A program made the translations under genes and the position numbers. From an uncultured virus (IMG/VR IMGVR_UViG_3300033475_000017) (taxonomy: Duplodnaviria > Heunggongvirae > Uroviricota > Caudoviricetes), in the IMG/VR virus record IMGVR_UViG_3300033475_000017: a DNA stretch of 20,000 nucleotides, one strand, 5' to 3'. Numbering within the stretch: position 1 is the stretch's first letter; every line of letters starts with the position of its first letter. Under the pieces are notes generated by a model. It searched no databases. It was not told where the DNA came from and worked only from the letters and a program-made list of their open reading frames with translations. Of this stretch, positions 16,070 to 20,000 are shown piece after piece.

Positions 16070-16999
16070 ATGGCTGGCCTGGGAACACTCCCTCTGCAGA
16101 TCGCCGGCGCGGTGGGCACCGCATCGCTGTCAGGCGACGTGCTCCAGCTCGGCAGTGTGGTGTTCGATGAAATCGGTCTCGAGGTTCCCGAGTCGCTGAC
16201 GGGCGCCGGTGGCAGCCAGGCGATCGAAGAGCACAAGTTCCCGGGCGGGATCATCACGCACCAGACGTTCGGTGCATTCCCCGACGTCATCGAATGGCGC
16301 GGCCTGTTCACCGGGTCGAATGCTTTCAGCCGGATGCAGCAGGTTGACCTGATCCGGATCGCAGGGACCGAGGTTCCGCTGATCTTCGGGCCGAAGGCCT
16401 GGATGGGCCGGGTGGCGCACTTCGCGCCCACGCCACGGCATCGCTGGCTGATCCCGTACAGCATCCGGTTCCTGCCGCGGGTGGACATCAGCAACTCGGT
16501 GCCGTCGCAGCCGACACCCACGCCAGAGACGCAGCTTGGCGGTCAGACGACGGCGCTGGCCACGCTGGCGGGCGGCACGCCGTTCCCGATGCCGGTCGCG
16601 CTCGTGTCGCCGGTAGCCGCGCTGCTGACCACCACAGCGCTGGCGCTGTCGGCCGCCAACGGCATTGTCGCCAGCATCGCGCCGGTCGGCTTGGCAGCCA
16701 TCGAGGCGGCCGTTCTGGCGGTCACCGTGGCGACGGCGCCGGCGATCCAGCAGGTAGACCCGCTGGCCGGCTTCATGGCGCTGGCGTGTGCTGCGCGTGC
16801 CGCGACGATAGGCCGGATCGTGCAGGTGCCTGTGCTGCCGACACAGACGACGCTGCAACTGGTCAACCCGAACTTGCCCCTGCTGGCCGCGCAATATCTC
16901 GGCGACGCCACGCAGTGGAGAACAATCGCGACGCTGAACGGGCTGGCTGATCCGCTGCCGGTCGGCTCGTTCGCCATTCAAATCCCGCCGTCAGCATGA
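16070..16999 (+). CDS. Tail tube initiator (P2 gpU-like) with C-terminal LysM/gpX-like domain
   Basis: N-terminal 'LQLG...F...EVPE....GG.Q....HK.PGG.......G..P..I.W.G.F.G..A..R'. The C-terminal 'NL..LAAQYLGDATQW..IA.LNGL.DP......IQIP' is a LysM-like motif. Confidence 0.8.
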   Translation: MAGLGTLPLQIAGAVGTASLSGDVLQLGSVVFDEIGLEVPESLTGAGGSQAIEEHKFPGGIITHQTFGAFPDVIEWRGLFTGSNAFSRMQQVDLIRIAGTEVPLIFGPKAWMGRVAHFAPTPRHRWLIPYSIRFLPRVDISNSVPSQPTPTPETQLGGQTTALATLAGGTPFPMPVALVSPVAALLTTTALALSAANGIVASIAPVGLAAIEAAVLAVTVATAPAIQQVDPLAGFMALACAARAATIGRIVQVPVLPTQTTLQLVNPNLPLLAAQYLGDATQWRTIATLNGLADPLPVGSFAIQIPPSA

Positions 17000-18282
17000 C
17001 CGCATTCACAATCACCACGACGGTGGGCGGCAAAGCGTTCCCGATCACAGGGTTCGACATCACATCCGGCGTCTTTGGATCGGTCGGACACATGACCAGC
17101 ACCAGCAGCATAACCATGCTGACGTCGCTGGGGATCGACCTCTACAGCATGGCGGCAAATGCCACCGCGCCCGTTGAGATCACAGTGGCAATCACCGCAG
17201 ACCAAGGTCCGGCTCAACTGATCTTTGGTGGTGAATACCTGGACGCAGACTGGGACTATGATCGCGACTCGGTCTCGATCCATGCGCGTGATTGGGCTGG
17301 CCAACTGGTCGATCAAAAGCGAGTCCTGACGAACATCGCGGCCGGCGTCGAAAAGCTGCTGGCACCGCTCGCGCCGGGCAAAGATCCCGCATCGCTGGGG
17401 ACCAGCAACGTCAACCAGACGCTGGCACAGATCGTCACATCGATCGCCGGGCAGTTTGGCATGACCCCGGTGCTGAACCTGACCGGCGGCCTGCCCGGAA
17501 ACACCAAGATCGGCACGCTGTACGGAACCACCGATCAGACGTTTCTCGCCACGCCGCAAAGCCTGTGGGAGATCCTGAACCAGCTTGCCCGCGACACGGG
17601 ATACGACGTCTATGTCACGCCGCAGAAACAGCTTGTGTTTGGCCAGGCGGGCGCCGGCCTGACGCCGCTGAACCTGACATGGAAAACGAACCCCGTGCCG
17701 AACGGGGCCGTGCCATGCCGGGATCTGCACATTCAGCACCACCCGCGGCGGAACGCGACATTCCGCGTGGTGGTGTTCAGCTACGACCCGGCCAAGGCGC
17801 AGCAGACCACGGGCTATGCCACCGTCATCGGCGCCAACATGGCTGGCTCGGCTGGCCTGAAGCCGGGCATCTGGGTCGGGCCGGATGCCGTCGCCGCCAA
17901 CGCCAAGCTGGCCAACGTAAAGGAAGGCGGGATCAGTTCGACGCAGGTGCCCCTGTATTCGTTCCGCAGTGACGGGCTGACCCAAGCCCAGGCGACTGCG
18001 CGGGCGCAGACCATCGCGATCGACATCGCGAAGCGAGAGCTGATCCTGTCGTGTGAGATCGACGGCTACCCGGGGGCGACACCCACGCAGCCGGTCAACA
18101 TCAGCGGACAGGTGGATCCCAACTTCGCGGGCAATGGCTTCTATCTGAATGGTTTCCAGCACCGCTTCGTCATGCCGAAAGGGGATGCGCAGGGCGGCGG
18201 TTTGATCACGCGGATCAAGGCGCTCGATATCCCAACGCTCGGCACCGGCGCGACCGGCAATTCGGATGGGCCCGCGATATGA
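16996..18282 (+). CDS. Baseplate hub protein (P2 gpD / Mu gp44-like)
   Basis: 428 aa, directly before the spike. Motifs 'IF.GE........D...I.ARD....LVD', 'WE.L..LA...G..VYV.....L.F', 'FYL....HRF'. Confidence 0.82.
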   Translation: MTAFTITTTVGGKAFPITGFDITSGVFGSVGHMTSTSSITMLTSLGIDLYSMAANATAPVEITVAITADQGPAQLIFGGEYLDADWDYDRDSVSIHARDWAGQLVDQKRVLTNIAAGVEKLLAPLAPGKDPASLGTSNVNQTLAQIVTSIAGQFGMTPVLNLTGGLPGNTKIGTLYGTTDQTFLATPQSLWEILNQLARDTGYDVYVTPQKQLVFGQAGAGLTPLNLTWKTNPVPNGAVPCRDLHIQHHPRRNATFRVVVFSYDPAKAQQTTGYATVIGANMAGSAGLKPGIWVGPDAVAANAKLANVKEGGISSTQVPLYSFRSDGLTQAQATARAQTIAIDIAKRELILSCEIDGYPGATPTQPVNISGQVDPNFAGNGFYLNGFQHRFVMPKGDAQGGGLITRIKALDIPTLGTGATGNSDGPAI

Positions 18283-18938
18283 ACGGTGACGAATTCGCGC
18301 ACTCCGTTCGGCAATTGGCACAGCAGCAGATGGCCGACTTTCGGCCGATCCTCTACGGGCACATCGCGACCTATGACCCGGCCGGACATCGGGTGAAGGT
18401 GATCATTCCTTCGCTGCGCGATGACGATCCGGCCCCGACCGAGTCGGGCTGGATGCCGCTCAACAGCATGTCGATCGGCGCCGGCTATGGCGTCCAGGTG
18501 GCACCCTTCGGTGGCGCCACGATCGACAACCCGACCGGCGGCGAACAGGTGCTTGTCGGCCTCATGGACCATAAGCGCGGCGTGTGTGCGTGCCTGGGGA
18601 TGACATTCAACGGCGTCATGCAACCGCCGGCAACGGTGCTGGAACAGCCGCTTCAGCCGGGCGAAACGGTCATCTTCAACAAGTCGGGGACGTTCTGGCG
18701 GTTGCACTCGAACGGTGATGTCGAGACCAACGCACAGGGCAATGTGCTGGTGACCGCAGCCCAGAACGTGTCGATCACCAGCGCAGAAACGGTCACCGTC
18801 ACCGGCACATCCCAGATCGATATCCTGTCGGGCAACGTCAATCTGGGCGCCGTCGGTGGGAAAAAGATCGCGCGAGATGGCGATCCGGTGATCAGTGGCA
18901 CTATACAGGCCAGCACCACAACGGTGTTCTCGGCATGA
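18279..18938 (+). CDS. Baseplate central spike protein (P2 gpV / Mu gp45-like)
   Basis: OB-fold N-terminus 'G.I..YDP....VKV.......ESGWMP......G.G.G....P..GEQVLV', followed by beta-helix-like repeats. Confidence 0.88.
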   Translation: MNGDEFAHSVRQLAQQQMADFRPILYGHIATYDPAGHRVKVIIPSLRDDDPAPTESGWMPLNSMSIGAGYGVQVAPFGGATIDNPTGGEQVLVGLMDHKRGVCACLGMTFNGVMQPPATVLEQPLQPGETVIFNKSGTFWRLHSNGDVETNAQGNVLVTAAQNVSITSAETVTVTGTSQIDILSGNVNLGAVGGKKIARDGDPVISGTIQASTTTVFSA

Positions 18939-19345
18939 GCGGTTTCGATCTTGATCTGGAATGGAGTGGCGACCTGGTGCTATCGCCGGCCGGCACATTG
19001 CAGACGGTGACCGGCCTGCCGCGCGTTCGCCAACGCATCATTCGCCGCTTTCTCAGCAACTCGGCGCAGCAGCTACCGGACGGAACATTCACCCCGCCCA
19101 CATACCTCTTCGACACCACCTATGGGATCGGCGGCGGCGCGCTGGTCAGCCAGAACCCCACGCGCGCCTGGCGTAATTCGCTTATCGCAAAAATCACGCA
19201 GGCAGTCCTGTCCGACACTGATGTTGATCCTGGGGTTCAGCCACAAGTCGTGATACAGCAGCCACAGCCCAACATGATGATGATCTATGTGGGGTTCCAG
19301 TTGATTACCGGGCAGTCTGGAAGTTTCGGCTTGCAGATTGGGTAG
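18935..19345 (+). CDS. Baseplate wedge protein (T4 gp25 / P2 gpW-like)
   Basis: 'W.GDL.LS..G.L..V.G.....QRI.RR..S......YLF...YG.G', located between spike and baseplate J. Confidence 0.82.
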   Translation: MSGFDLDLEWSGDLVLSPAGTLQTVTGLPRVRQRIIRRFLSNSAQQLPDGTFTPPTYLFDTTYGIGGGALVSQNPTRAWRNSLIAKITQAVLSDTDVDPGVQPQVVIQQPQPNMMMIYVGFQLITGQSGSFGLQIG

Positions 19346-19371
19346 CCCGGCGCGAACGGAGCGCTTGGCGA

Positions 19372-20000
19372 ATGACCCTGCCGACCCAGACCCCGCAACA
19401 AATGATCGATTCGATGGTGGCGAGCTTTGCCGCATCGACGGGCATCCCGCCGGTCTTCACATCGGGCGACGCGCTGCTGGCGTTCTTTCAGACGCTGCAG
19501 GTGCAGATTGAATTCCTGCAGGGCCTGATCAGCCAATTGGTGCTGCTGACCCGCGCGCAGACATCCACCGGCGCGGACCTCGATAGTTGGATGGCACAGT
19601 TCGCATTCCCGCGGCTGCCGCCCACCTATGGCGACGGCGACGTAACATTCGGGGCCACCCAGCCCGCAGTGAACCCCGTCAGCATCCAGGCTGCGACGCT
19701 GGTGAATGGCGTCTACCAGGGGGGCGCCGTCATCCAGACGTCGAACGGCGGCATCCAGTACCAGGTCGTGCCGGATACCAACAATGCGGCCTACAGCGCT
19801 GCCACCAACAGCTACGTGCTGGCTGTCGGCCAGACGAGTGTGACGGCATTGGTCCAGGCATTGACGGCCGGGTCGGCGTCCAACGTGGCCGCCAATGCGC
19901 TGATCGTCATCGCTTCGCCGCTGCCTGGCATCAACACCGTGACGAACCCAGCACCGATCACCAATGGCGTTGACGCCGAGACGGATGCGGCGTTCCGAGC
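19372..20000 (+). CDS. Baseplate J-like wedge protein (3' truncated by window); not in the ORF track
   Basis: ATG 19372 opens 'MTLPTQTPQQMIDSMVASF...TRAQTSTGADLDSWMAQFAFPRLP...VQALTAGSASNVAANAL......PGINTVTNPAPITNGVDAETDAAFR', which carries the baseplate J 'G..LD' and 'G.D.E.D...R' motifs. The frame is open to the window end. Confidence 0.92.
   Translation, partial: MTLPTQTPQQMIDSMVASFAASTGIPPVFTSGDALLAFFQTLQVQIEFLQGLISQLVLLTRAQTSTGADLDSWMAQFAFPRLPPTYGDGDVTFGATQPAVNPVSIQAATLVNGVYQGGAVIQTSNGGIQYQVVPDTNNAAYSAATNSYVLAVGQTSVTALVQALTAGSASNVAANALIVIASPLPGINTVTNPAPITNGVDAETDAAFR

Larger units (their letters stand above)
1..20000 (+). mobile_element. Myovirus-type phage/prophage virion morphogenesis region (head end, neck, fibres, contractile tail, baseplate)
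   Basis: All credible genes lie on the + strand, tightly packed with overlapping stop/start codons (GTGA 2890, TGATG 4531 and 5343, ATGA 12763, 16996, 18279, 18935). The order sheath-tube-chaperone-tape measure-hub-spike-wedge-baseplate J is canonical. No attachment site or host gene is in the window, so free phage and prophage cannot be distinguished. Confidence 0.95.

Noticed and set aside
9545..20000. Extracellular contractile injection system, tailocin or T6SS
   Set aside because: Capsid-like, head-tail adaptor/closure and gp10-like genes plus a long tape measure indicate a head-bearing phage. No eCIS ATPase or T6SS membrane genes are seen.
1..20000. Stop-codon reassignment (TAG readthrough code)
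   Set aside because: Genes are full length in the standard code, and TAG stops fall at sensible gene boundaries followed by RBS/ATG.
1..20000. Frequent CGATCG/GATC words as a HIP1-like repeat system
   Set aside because: Explainable by ATC (Ile) and GAT/GAC codon use in GC-rich genes. Enrichment was not computed.

Overview
The window is one co-directional (+ strand), high-GC morphogenesis operon of a contractile-tailed (myovirus-type) phage or prophage. It begins in the 3' end of a probable major capsid gene. A block of small accessory or head-associated ORFs follows, including a RanBP2-type zinc-finger protein and an Ntn/HslV-proteasome-beta-like protein. Next come head-tail adaptor, head-closure and tail-terminator genes, then a four-gene fibre cassette unusually placed before the tail sheath, with a lower-GC tip. 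The rest is sheath, tube, tail assembly chaperone, an HK97 gp10-like gene, tape measure, tube-initiator/LysM, hub, spike, gp25/W-like wedge and the 5' part of baseplate J. The most notable observations are: (1) the same ~80-100 aa module appears in four different virion proteins; (2) the chaperone extension is reachable only by a +1/-2 shift on an A9 run, not the canonical -1; (3) a zinc finger closely resembling eukaryotic RNA-binding RanBP2 fingers and a possibly degenerate proteasome-like subunit sit in the head cluster; (4) a neck-positioned, mosaic fibre cassette. All calls come from motif recognition and synteny by eye; no database searches were run.
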